Below the pieces are notes generated by a model. It ran no database searches. It had not been told where the DNA came from and saw only the letters and a list, made by a program, of their open reading frames with translations. This document shows positions 49,699 through 62,548 of a stretch of 64,000 bases of DNA, piece by piece. Made by a program: the position numbers and the translations under genes. This DNA comes from Eledone cirrhosa (Eukaryota). The DNA is taken from positions 242,792,001 to 242,856,000 of the forward strand of contig OZ024740.1 of assembly GCA_964016885.1 (NCBI GenBank). Reading direction: 5' to 3'. Numbering within the stretch: position 1 is the first letter of the stretch; each line of letters begins with the position of its first letter.

Positions 49699-52300
49699 TT
49701 AATTTGCTGCATGATGGTTCACATAATTTTTATCCCTTGTTTATTGCCAAACATATACTTTTGTTTGTATTTTAACCATATTCTATCATCTGTTCCCACT
49801 TATATGACAGAGGATATGATTTCAACAATCTTTATGCTATTCTATGTATTTTCCCTCTTTAAGATTTTTCATAGCAAGACTTAATATTTTTGTCATATAT
49901 TGAATTCAGAGAATTATATATTTGCATGCGAATAAATATGCAAAACCCTGATTTACATTTGATATAACATCTGATGTTCTTTGATATTTATGGCAACATT
50001 TATGCATTGAATATTTATTATTTGATATTTTTCTTGAAAGTCGCTTTAAATACAAAAAATTTCACATTCAATGTTCTGTGATCAAAACGTTTAACAAATT
50101 TTGATATTTATAGATTTCTTGTTGATTTCAAATAGCATATAGAATCTCATGCAGTTTTATCCTGAACATTAGAAAGAATAAGTGAGGAATATTTGATCAC
50201 AACTATCAACTCAGAAGACTACATAGGTCAGTTAATGTCAACAAGTCTGAAACATCCATAAAAGTATTAGTAGACCAGACCAAATTTTATGAACATCACA
50301 ATAAATTCTCCAATATTATATAAATTCTGCAAACATTGAGCAGTATTTTGATTCAAAAATTTAAATTCATGGCACACATTTTCCACACATTGGTTTACAT
50401 TTATTCAAGTATTCTGGAAAGCAAAAACGTCCATAAAAAGCCTGTTTATTATTTTATCACCATTAGTCTAATTTTCGCTGAAGCTCACAGAGGAGATGAC
50501 GAAGGACCATGATGAATGGAGAGATGCTGTGCTGGAAAGAACCTGTCCCACCCTTGCAAGCAGGGAAAAGCGGACATAAAATGATGATGATGATGATGAT
50601 GATGATGATGTCATTGCATTTCTGAGCACAACTCTGTGTGCTTTGGGAATATGCAGTGATTGGTTTTGGTGTTTTTTTTATTTTATTGAAAGTATTCTTC
50701 ATAATCAGAGGGACTCAAAAGATTAGTCTTTATTGACAGATCTTTTATAGATTTATATAACAGCAGATACAAATAGGATTGATATATCTCAACTTATGGA
50801 ACCACTCAGTAATATGTCCCATGCTCAAGAAGAGTAACTTCTCAGATCTGAACAGCTACCAAATAACAAACTAGCACTAGCTAACCAACTCCTATATCTT
50901 TATCAAGTCACACAGCAGTTGTTAGGAAGAAAATGATCCCTCAGAAATAGCATTTGTGTGGGATTGACATTCGTGAGTATACTTCTAGAAATGAATCATG
51001 GTCAATTCTGGGTTCTGAAACTGTATGCATCAACCAGACATACAACAGGTCTGAAACAACCATAACAGTATTAGTAAACCAGACAAAAGTTTATGGATAT
51101 CACAAATATTATTAAATAGTTTCTGCAAACAGTGAAGTATCTGGACATCAAGGTATACTCTTAATTTCAGCATACATGATTAGTGTGTTACCATGTTTCA
51201 TAATCCTTTGTGTTTGATTGGTCAGTTCTATAGAAACAACCAATCAGTTATTCATTATTGACCAAAATTCTAGGGTTATGCCTAAGTAACATTACAGAAT
51301 TGCCTATTCAAATGTTCCAATTGTCTGAGACTTACTTTTGAACATTATCTTTCCACTTCTGGCCTTCCTATTGATAAACCATCCACAATATGGTGAAACA
51401 AACTTGGCGTGGGATGTTTCACATGTCCTGATATGTAATTGTATGTTGCTAGATTACAATGCAGACCCACAGATAGATTCTTCATATTCTAGATTACTGC
51501 CTGTTATCCATCTGTTCATCTGTTTATCAGTCTGTAGGCATGAACATTTTAGGACACAGATTTGAAGCCATGATTTTTGACAACCTATGCTTCACTTGGT
51601 AAAACATTTCCTGAAGATTTTGCATAAATGAATGCAGTCTCCATAAATGTGTTCATATACCAAATATTTCTTGGATTATTTTATTTATGAAATATTTTAT
51701 GAATTCTTTCTTAAATTATTTGTGGGCTCAAAATAAAATCACCAAAAATTGACTTAAAAGATAATAACTTCATGGTTCCACTCTTAATACCATCTTACAT
51801 GTTTTATGGTATCCAAGATAGAAAATCAAAATCTTTGATGTCTGGAATGTCTAATGTCTTCCACCCCACTTCTTTATCTGTTTGCTACAATCATTTTCTT
51901 TTCTTTTTATATTATTATTCTTGGGACATTAAATATATAATATTTCTCTGAAAAGCAACAGATATTAATGTTTATAGGAACTTTATCTAATAAAACTGTG
52001 GTAATAAGATTCATCAAAATATATCTAACGGGTTTTAAGATGCTATAATAAATATGCAGTGTTTACAGCATTCCAATAATATACTAGTCTCTAGAATTTG
52101 TCATAAGCTAATATGATCAGAGCACTTTTCTCTCTCCTCCAGTTTGAATTCTCTTTCTTTTTCTCTCAAAGCATACTACATACAAACATTGATTTTTTTC
52201 CCCTCTACTGATTCTATCAAATTTCCTAAATGGTTTTACAGTTCTACATCCAGCCAAGAATCGTTCAATAAAATTTCAGAGATGCTAAGCTATATATTAT
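49699..52300 (-). pseudogene. Candidate endogenous viral element: decayed bunyavirus-like L (RdRp) fragments
   Basis: Ordered motifs WFHKLRYINP, YCSMFAEF, KLHEILY, HKYQRTSD, KNLKEGKYI, YVNHHAAN* amid stops and frameshifts. Confidence 0.5.
50470..50610 (+). mobile_element. RTE (family of 60721) 3' end with (ATG)n tail
   Basis: Matches 61080-61208. Confidence 0.8.
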
Positions 52301-53219
52301 AAGTCTCTGGTGTAAAGAAGGAAACCCTAAAGTTACAGTGACATTCTTTCATGCAAACTTTTCTGTTATTCAACATTACATAGAATTATTTTTACCGATT
52401 ATAAATATATCAACAACTGTCCATTAGTGAACCTACTTCCAAAGCATTCCTTGAAATACATAGTGAAACAACAGTTTAATGTGGAGCCTTGGTGATGCTG
52501 TCTGGCTATGTGTGAGGAAATGTTCTTAGACTAGTAATGTGAACTATTTTCATTAGAAATTAATTTCAGCCAATCATTTCAGAATATCAATTAGTATTTT
52601 TATTTATTTATTATAGTCATGTTAAAGAAAGAAATACAATTATAAAACTTAAAGCAGGTTTTACATAATTGGGAATGTGAGAGATGATTGTTATAATTAA
52701 TGAAGTTTGAACATTTAAAAGATTAGTTTAGTGTTTTTGTGAGAACACATGAGAGAAAAGTTAGTTGCACAGTGTGGTAAGCCTTTGAATTGAACATCAT
52801 AAGGTTTTATACAGTGCTTAGAGAGAAAGTGGGTAAAGAGAATGGGAAATATGGAGGCATTAGACATATGAGTAGCACACATTTATGCTGGCCAGAAGAA
52901 CAGAATCTATATCAGTTGCAAGAGCAGGAATAACAAACTACAGACCAAAATCTGAAATTTATCAATAAAGAAGTGTTTCTTATTGAAACAAAGTACATTT
53001 TTCTGAAGGAAACTAAAAATATGATGCTATTGAGTAGTAATAATCACCATCACCACGATCTACTAGAAATAGCAGCCAAATATCCCACAAATTATAACCT
53101 AACAACCTAAAAAATCATTGGGTAATGTAATCGCAAGTTACACTGTTCCATAAAAAGTATCCTTCTTCAAGAGAAAGTAGGTTGGGTCCAATGACTGAAA
53201 CTATTCTAATTAGGCCTTG

Positions 53220-54050
53220 AGGATCAGAAGACATCTGAAGATGGAATAATATCAACAAGGTTTCTTCTTCTTCTTCCAAATCCTTTAGATCCTGGTATTG
53301 GTTAATTTTCTCCTCCTTATTTTCTTGCACTCTTGTATCAAAGGCCAAGCTATATTTATAACTAAGCAAGATATTTATAGTGAGTCTGGGCTAGGTGTTT
53401 ACACTCGGATATGATGTGAGCCACAGTTTCCTCTCTCTCTCCTCTCTCTCCCTCTCTCTCTCCCTCTCCCTCTCTTTCCTCTCCCCCTCCCCCCCCCCTC
53501 TCTCTCTTCCACAGATCCTATGCAGCAGGTAACATTCCCTCAGTAGCTTTCTCAAGATCCCCTTTCTTTAACCAGTTCAATATCTGCAGATCACTGAATT
53601 CTGTTTTCTTCAAAAAGATGCTATGAAGGGCTTTTCATTCAGGTTGTTCTTCCTCTTTGTTGTTACTTCTTTCTTGAACCTCCCCTTGTCTATTGTCTCC
53701 TCCCTCAATACAGTTATAAGCATTGGCTTGTTACTCTCAAACACATAAACAGCTCTTCTCCATCTGAACACCATCCACCACGCTGATTAGACCTCTTCAG
53801 ATCTCCTTAACCATTTAACATTTAAACTGGCTGTATCTGGCCAGAATTCTCTCACCTCTTTCTGTTCAAATCAGCCATAATTGGCCACTCATACTGATGA
53901 TATGGTATTGTTCTCAAAATAAATAATATAAAAATCTCATAAATTCAATATTATGTAAGATAATTATGTGAGGTAAAGCCTTTACCGTGAAAATATAATA
54001 GTAAATATAGAGTAATGTAAATGCTAAAGGGTTAAGTATAGTCTATCAAC
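53220..54050 (-). mobile_element. Decayed Dong fragment (20622 subfamily)
   Basis: FDTRVQE..KINQYQDL; DRLYLRRSE split by a MITE. Confidence 0.7.
53811..54031. mobile_element. piggyBac-like MITE with TTAA TSD
   Basis: TTAA|ccatttaacattta...taaatgctaaaggg|TTAA; removing it restores the Dong sequence gatagactatacTTAAggagatct. Confidence 0.8.
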
Positions 54051-54519
54051 AGTCAATCAACATTATTATTATTATTAATATTATTATAATTTGAAACTTC
54101 TTTTGAGTTCTTCTTCTTTCCAAATCATGCTGAATGTCAACTTGGCACCTGAGATAAAATTTGATAATACACACATTCTACAATAAATTGTCACACAAAT
54201 AATTGTTTCGATTTTTGGTACAAGGCCAGCAATTATTCCAGTGCATTACTGGTACTTTATTTTATTGACCCGGTAATGATTAAAGGTAAAGTTCTTTACG
54301 AGGTCGATAAAATAAAGTACCAGTAATGCACTGGGATAATTGCTGGCCTTGTGGCAAAAACAGAAACAATTATTTGTGTGACAATTCATTGTAAAATGTG
54401 TGTATTCAATTGTCACACAAATAATTGTTTTTATTTTGAGCACAAGGCCAGCAATTATCCCAGTGGTCACACAAATAATGCCACTAGGGCACAAACAACA
54501 GTAAATGCCTTGCAAAGTT

Positions 54520-55780
54520 TTCAAATTGATAATGCCCTTCTTAGGACATGGGCAGTACCAGTCAGCACTATTTTCTGTATTTCTTGCAGCGATGGCTTTC
54601 CAGTATTTCCAGTGGTCGTCCAAATATTTTTGAGTACCCTTTGTTATCATTGCAAGTGCACCAACTATCATTGGTATTGTACAGGCCTTAAGATGCCACA
54701 TTTTCTCAATTTCAATTGATAGATCTTCATACTTGCTGATCTTTCCAAACTCTTTTAAGGAGATGTTATGATCTGATGGAATGCTCATGTTAATTAAGAA
54801 ACATGTTTTCTCTTTATGGTCCTTCACAATTATACAAGGGCTCTTTGTCTTGATTGTTCAGTCAGTATTCACAGGGAAATCCCAGAGGATTGTTGTGTTC
54901 TCGCCTGGGTGATGATTGTACCATTTTCCCTCTGTTTTCAGACCATTAAACTTACACATTACCCAGTGTAAGTATTGCCCCACTTTATCATGCCTCATTT
55001 TATATTCTTGGGCAGCTAAAAACTTGTTGCCTGAAACCAGGTGTTCTATGGTCTCAACATGCTCATCACAGAATCAACACTTTTGGTCAGTTCCATTTCT
55101 GATCACATAGGCTTGAAAGTTGTGTGTTGGAAGACACTGGTCTTGTGCAGCCAAAATGAAGCCCTTGCTCAATGCCTTTAGCCTAGAATTCTGCACCCAC
55201 TGATGGGTGAGGGCTTGATCTACATCAGGTTCTTTGCTATGGAGAACATACTGCCAATTCGGTGGCTTTTTCTCCCATTTAGTGTACAGTCTCTGTTGAC
55301 CTTAATATTTTGCCAACACTTTGATATTCCTTGCAGCTTTTATTGCAAAATTGCCATTATTATTTTCAAACTGTATTCCTAGTTCTACCACAAACTTCCT
55401 ACCTTCCTTTGTGACTGAATGTAACTTCTTCTCCCTTCATGAACTGTGACCATTTTCATCATCCAGTCATCTGTGGTTTTAAGGTACTGATTGAGTTCAA
55501 TGGTTGATATCCTATATAAAAGCTCTAGCTGGATCATTCCTCTACCTCCATTTTGTCTAGGGAGATAGAAATGATCCACATCTGCTTCTGGGTGATGTAT
55601 TCTATTACAGGTCAAATGTTTCCTGATTTTGATGTTCATTTTCTTGATTTTGTTAACGTTCCAATTTATAATATTGAAACTGTAGGTGACAACAAGGATT
55701 GCAGTGCATTTATGGCAGATAATTTATTTCTCGAGTTAAGCTCTGTTTTCATAACAGCATGTACTCTCTGGTAGCATTCC
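54520..55780 (-). mobile_element. Decayed R4/Dong 3' half
   Basis: HHPEADVDHFYLPRQNGGRG; FILAAQDQ; KISKYEDL..MWHLK. Confidence 0.8.
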
Positions 55781-55785
55781 TTTGT

Positions 55786-55922
55786 AGCATAGTTATGGCC
55801 CTTTGCATTCTGAGTTCAAATCCGCCAAGGTTAACTTTGCCTTTCATCCTTACGGGGTCGATAAAATAAAGTACCAATAATATACTGGGATAATTTCTGG
55901 CCTTGTGCCAATAGTAGAAACA

Positions 55923-55924
<2 letters not shown>
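55786..55924 (+). mobile_element. Truncated Meta-like SINE with (TTA)n tail
   Basis: Central block and 3' end. Confidence 0.75.
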
Positions 55925-55970
<46 letters not shown>

Positions 55971-55974
55971 GTTG

Positions 55975-56250
55975 TTGTTGTTGTTTTTCCTTTTTCTTCA
56001 GTATTGTTTCCGTTATATGTCAAGTGTCTTCCTGACACCTAGGGCAAATAAACTCACTGTATATATTTGTAAGCCAGTTAACACACCAAATTGATTATAA
56101 TTTTCAGAGAGATAGTGCTCTTCTCAATATGTGTGCAGTACCAGTTAAAACAATCTTTTGTACTTCTTGCAGAGAGGGTAAACCAGGGATCATTCTCAAA
56201 TACTGTTCTGTTCCTTTCTTGATCATTCCCAGTGCTCCTACAATCACTGG
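55975..56250 (-). mobile_element. Dong 3' end
   Basis: PVIVGALGMIKKG...VLTGTAHILRRAL; ends at (TAA)n. Confidence 0.75.
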
Positions 56251-56796
56251 AAGATTCTTGGGTGCAGAGTTCTGAAACATACCTTCTAGTGGAACTTTAT
56301 TTCAGCTGTTTGTATTGATGATGATGCTCTTTCAATCATTACCCTATATCTTAGTAAGAGGAAATAATATTACGAGAGTCCCAAAAATGTTTGAAGCGGC
56401 GGTGAAATGAACTTGCATCAGCTTATAACAGAAACTAGGTTGCAGTCATGAATTTTCAGCAACTTACTTATAGCTTTGCAGCATTTACAACAGATAAATC
56501 GATAAATATGAAATGATTGTTTAGATTATGTCTAGAGAACAAATGGGGGAGTATGATTTGAGAGCGATTTTGCTACAATGTTTAACAGATCAAGCAGTTA
56601 TGTTTAGGTTTTCATTGCCTCAGTAACATTAATATTACAGTATTTGGTGTTAGCAGTAATTGTGTTGTAGCGGGTGGCAAATTAGCAGAGTCAGGAAAAC
56701 ATTAGATAGAATATTTTGAGATATTCGTTCTGGCTCTCTGCACTCAGAGTTCAAATCCTGCTGAGATCTATTTCACATTTAATTCTTTTAAGTTTA

Positions 56797-56830
<34 letters not shown>

Positions 56831-57094
56831 TATGAGTACAATACTGGGGTTGAGTCTTCTTGTATATCTCTTTCTTACTTCCTCTCTTTCACACTCTCTC
56901 TTTCCTTCTCTGGAAGAAATTAGTTGTATTCAGACCTGGAGAGGAATAAGCTCAGCCAGGTCTAAAATGCACACAGCATGCCTTATTGCTACAGCCCCCC
57001 CCCCCCCATGACTCCATCAAGAGTTACAGTTCCATACATAGATTACTAATGTAGGTAATTGAATGACAGGACAGATGTGACATTATTATTTTTT

Positions 57095-57282
57095 GGTGGA
57101 TTGGCAGTATCGGTAGAGGGTCGGACGCCATGCTTTGACATACAGATTTACGGCCCTTTATGGTCTGAGTTCAAATCCCGCCGAGGTTAACTTTGCCTTT
57201 CATCCTTACTTTGTCGATAAAATAAAGTACTAGTAATACACTGGGATAATTGCTGGCCTTGTGCCAAAAGTAGAAACAATTA
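57095..57282 (+). mobile_element. Meta-like SINE
   Basis: Matches 47160-47352. Confidence 0.8.
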
Positions 57283-57914
57283 TTTTTTGGAAGCTTTTTT
57301 TATCACTTAATCAGAGGAGGAAGGGCAGCACCTATAATATTTCCTAAGGCCTTTAAAACTGAAGAGAGGAAAGAAGTAGGTTAGTTTCAGACTGGATACC
57401 TAGGCTAAATGCTGGCAACAAAGTGACCACCACTAAAGGTACCCAAAAACTAGTGACAGACAAAAAAGTTACTTTGAAGAGCTTCCACACAGCTTGTTCC
57501 TAACAAATTTCTTTCACAAGACCTGAGGCTATGCCCAAATTGTCACACAGTGGGATCACACCTTGTACCATATAGTTGCGAAGTGAATTTTTAACCATAA
57601 TGCTATAGTAAATGTTGGTATTTGTTATTGATTTTTTACCCTTTAGGTTAGTCGAAGGCTGGCAATAATTAACCAGGCCTATGATTAAAAACCTCAGGCT
57701 GACTCAAATTGAACAAGCAAGAAAGACCAGTGAAGCTTTTATATCCGATTGGCACAGACTTAGGAATGATTTCTAAAATCACTGTGTTTAGCTTATGATC
57801 TTGTTGGGTTTTATAACCAACTGTCATCTGAGCAAAAGTTTCTGGAAAGTTCTTAATGTATGCAAAAGATGTGTCTTATTTTCCATATGCCAAGTAACAG
57901 ATTAAAAATATATC

Positions 57915-58172
57915 CCAAAGCACCCAGCCTACACTGTAAAGTGAATATTATACCATGATAAAAGGCACCCAGTTGTAAAGTGATTATGTAGGTGTCATGA
58001 CAAAAATCATGCAGCACACACTGTAAATGTGCTCGGTGTTAGGAAGGGCATCCAGCCATAGAAACTGAGCCAAAAACAGTTCTGTATGAGCAAGACACGA
58101 CTTGCCTCAAATGGGACAACCCATCAAATCCATGCTAGCATTGAAAATAGATGTCAAACGATGATGATGATG
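57915..58172 (+). mobile_element. Old RTE 3' UTR with 2-3 eroded 46-bp units
   Basis: ggtgttaggaagggcatccagc; (ATG)n tail. Confidence 0.65.
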
Positions 58173-59029
58173 AAGAGGCTATAAGTGTAAACTATAAACT
58201 ATACATATAGTTAAGAGAGAGAGAGAGAATTTGAGTCTATTTTACAAGTATAATTAAGCAGGCCATCATTTTGTATATCTAGGCCTGCATTGTCCAATGT
58301 GTCCATCCTATATTCCAAGATGGTATGGTGTGATTTGAGAGAGAGATTTAGTTGTTATTTCAAACAGATTGAGCTGCCATGTACAAGCTTTTGTTTGGCT
58401 TACTTCACAATGAGGGTGTCAGTAGTATTGATGGCAAGGGAATGGAGTAGGCTCTACTTGCTGTCAAGATGATAGGAACAATGAGGATGTTGTTGATATT
58501 GCTGCTGTTGTTTATTCATGATTCAGCTCTGATCAAAGATACTTGGGTATGCCCATCCTGTATTCTTTCTTTGTTCTTTTCAGACATAGTATATCCAGAA
58601 TTACATTAGTAAATGTACCCTTCCTTTTTTAAATGGTAAGATGTGTTATAAGGAGGGGATTTGGCTGCTATTTCTAGAAGATTGGGCAACCACATATAGA
58701 CTTACTTTTTGACCTATGTTATAATGATGGTAGCTCTGGTGGTGGTGGTGGTGAAGAGAGAGTGTTATTATGGTGTTAATGAGGCTGCTGGTGATGTTAA
58801 TAGTAGGTGGTTGTTATTCATATTTATAATTGAGTAGTGATAGCAACTATGGTGATAATGTTAGTGGTGATTAGTAATAATGATATTAAAAAGTCATTTG
58901 GTGAGACCAAGTACTGTCTGGCATCTGACGAGAGTATTGTCTGGGAGAGAGAGTGATAAAGAGAGAGAGAAAGAGAGATAAACACATACACAGACAGATG
59001 TAAAGAGTAAACAGAAATAACAAAGCAAA

Positions 59030-59293
59030 CATACATACATACACACATACATACATACATACATACATACATACATACACACATGCATACACACATACAC
59101 ACACACACATACATACACACATACATACACACACATACATACATACATACATACATACATTACACACATACATACATACATACATACATACACACATACA
59201 TACATACACACACACATACACACATACATACATACATACACACACACATACATACATACATACATATATACACATACACATACATACACACAA

Positions 59294-59326
<33 letters not shown>

Positions 59327-59352
59327 CACACATACATACACACAAACATACA

Positions 59353-59386
<34 letters not shown>

Positions 59387-59401
59387 CACACATACATACA
59401 C

Positions 59402-59438
<37 letters not shown>

Positions 59439-59703
59439 TACATACATACACACACATACATACATACACACATACATACACACACATACATACATACATA
59501 CATACATACATACACACACACATACATACATACATACACACACACATACATACACACAAACATACATACATACATACATACATATATACACACATACACA
59601 CACACACATACATACATACATACATACACACACACACATACATACATACACACACACATACATACATACACACATATATACACACACATACATACATACA
59701 TAC

Positions 59704-59736
<33 letters not shown>

Positions 59737-59985
59737 TACATACATACACACACACATACATACATACACACATATACACACACACATACATACATACATA
59801 CACACATACATACATACATACACACACACATACATACACACATACATACATACATACACACATACATACATACACACACACATACACACACACATACACA
59901 CACACATACACACACACATACACACACACATACACACATACATACATACACACACATACATACATACATACATACATACATACAT
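59030..59985. repeat. Long (CATA)n/(CA)n compound microsatellite
   Basis: Direct. Confidence 0.95.
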
Positions 59986-60315
59986 TGCAAACATACAGAC
60001 AGATACTTTAATGCTGTATAATTTGCAGTTATTATTTCCAAGAACTGTCCTTGAGTGATGATTTAAGTATGTAGTATAGCTGGAACAAAGTCCTCAGTTT
60101 AACTCATTCTTAAATGCTTACTAAGCAATATGAATAGCTTACACTGCAATATATCCGATTAAAATGATAATCTTACTTTTTATCTTTTAATCCTAACTTG
60201 TAATCATTTCTTTAAAATTGCTATTTATTTGCATTGATATATATATATATAGTAAATAATATATATATATACACACATACACAAACATTCACAGACACAC
60301 ACACACATATATATA

Positions 60316-60637
60316 TCATCATCATCATCATCATCATCATTTTACGTCCGCTCTTCCCTGCTTGCAAGGGTGGGAAGGGTCTTATTCAGCACAGCATCTC
60401 TCCACTTGTCACGGTCCTTCGTCATCTCCACCGTGAGCTTCAGCAATCTGAGGTCTGTTCTCACCACCTCCACCCATGTTTTTCGTGGTCTACCTCTATC
60501 ATGTCTTCCTTCAACTGGCATTTCCAGGCACTTCTTCACCCATTGGTCATCCTCCATGCGCATCACATGTCCATACCACCGCAGTCTCCTCTCTTGCACA
60601 CCACACTCCATCCCCCTCAGACACAGTTTCTCTCTCA

Positions 60638-60642
<5 letters not shown>
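60316..60642 (-). mobile_element. RTE 3' fragment (left arm of fold-back)
   Basis: ERRLRWYGHV...GRPRKTW; (ATG)n tail. Confidence 0.9.
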
Positions 60643-60686
<44 letters not shown>

Positions 60687-60720
60687 CATATATATACATA
60701 TATATATACATATATATATA

Positions 60721-61208
60721 CGAAAGGCCGGTTGTATGATGCCTGTGTGAGGAGCGCGATGCTGCATGGTAGTGAGACATGGGCAGCAACCGCAGAGGAT
60801 ATGCGACGGCTGGAGAGAAATGAGGCAAGCATGCTCCGTTGGATGTGCAGTGTAAATGTGCGTGAACGACGCAGCATAAATGTGTTGAGAGAGAAACTGT
60901 GTCTGAGAGGGATAGAATGTAGTGTACGGGAGAGGAGACTGAGGTGGTATGGACATGTGATGCGCATGGAGGATGACCGATGGGTGAAGAAGTGCCAGGA
61001 AATGCCAGTTGAAGGAAGACGTGGTAGAGGTAGACCACGAAAAACATGGGCGGAGGTGGTGAGAACAGACCTCAGATCATTGAAGCTCACGGTGGAGATG
61101 ACGAGGGACCGTGACGAGTGGAGAGATGCTGTGCTGAATAAGACCCGTCCCACCCTTGCAAGCAGGGAAAAGCGGACGTAAAATGATGATGATGATGATG
61201 ATGATGAT
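60721..61208 (+). mobile_element. RTE 3' fragment (right arm)
   Basis: KGRLYDAC...HGSETW...GRPRKTW; ORF runs into the (ATG)n tail. Confidence 0.9.
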
Positions 61209-61799
61209 ACACACAGATAATATTTCATCATCCTAATTTGATGTGTTTTCCATGCTAGCGTTATGGTGTTATCAGATGTAAGCACTCTACACTGTGGGTA
61301 CCATAAGGTATTACATAAAAGGTATCAGACAGAGTATCAATATTAATAAAAGGAAAAGAGACAGTATCATATATTTAACATCAGTTTATTTCATTGCATC
61401 ATACTCATTATGTACATTTTAAAGGCATCAAAATGTTGTTACACAACAGTTATCTGATGTGTTGTTCACATTTCAGTATCAAGCAAGCTTATGCTTACTT
61501 GATACTAAAATGTAAACATCTCTTCGATGACATACATATCAAAACCAAAAACAAAACTTTATTTTCATTTACATTTAAACACCTATCTCATGACAGTGCA
61601 TTGGATAACTGCTGTATAACAACTTTTTGATGTCTTTGAAATGTACATTAGGGTATGATGTGAGATACTGCCTCTCTTGCTTTTCTAAATATGCATTTAT
61701 ATATATGTGTATATAAATCAGAGAAGTCTTGATAAAAGTTATTTATATGCAATAATTTAACAGGCATGATTTCATTTTGCATGAGTTCATTTTGCAGCC

Positions 61800-62400
61800 A
61801 TGTGATTGCTGGTTGAATCTGCTTTTTCTTCCACAGATTTCTTCCACTAGGATCTCTTGGTAGTTGGTTACCAATATGGCAACTTCCATTAACATCACAT
61901 GACAGTATCAGCACAGCCTTTTCTTTTGTACTCAGCAGTTGATTTTGCTTAAACCGATTTTTCTTCTTTCAGCTCATTTATGCTTCATCTTTCATTACAT
62001 CCAGCAGAGCATGCAATATTGTATGCTGTACATAAGTCTCATATTATTTGACTTTCACTCAAAGAAAAACTTAATTTGTTGCCAGCACATATAATAGTGC
62101 ACAGAACGCTTCTCATTCCTTCTTACTGTGACTAATGCATTTGGATTACCATCTTCCATTGCTGCTTAGGTCACCTAGGTAAAAAAAAAAAGCTGTTAAC
62201 TACTTTTAGGGAGCCTTATGGGTATTTGAAAGAATTTTTTTCATCAACTCTTACTGCTAACTATTCTGGGAGGGACATCTGCTATGTACAAAGTCCTTCA
62301 ACTCACTTAATTTCCCTGTAATTGTAATTCATGCCTTGTGTATCCATAATTTACCTTTTCTGTATAACAAGCATGGCCACTGCCCAGATGATAGTAGAGT
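61800..62400 (-). mobile_element. Very old RTE remnant
   Basis: SGQWPCL..RKG; CMLCWM; SINELKE. Confidence 0.55.
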
Positions 62401-62548
62401 TCAGTATTCACTTTCACAAAAATATTCATCTTTGATAAGTTTACTTTTTGACCACTTGATTCCAATAGGTATCATATCGATATATTTGAGATATTTCATT
62501 ATTTATTTTACTTATATAAGCAGAATTTTAATAGGAAGATAACTGCTA

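Noticed and set aside
58824-60041. 300+ aa YVCM/HTYI ORFs
   Set aside because: Translation of a (CATA)n/(CA)n microsatellite
61648-62190. Possible minus-strand host exon after a polypyrimidine-AG
   Set aside because: All frames close quickly and the residues match an old RTE
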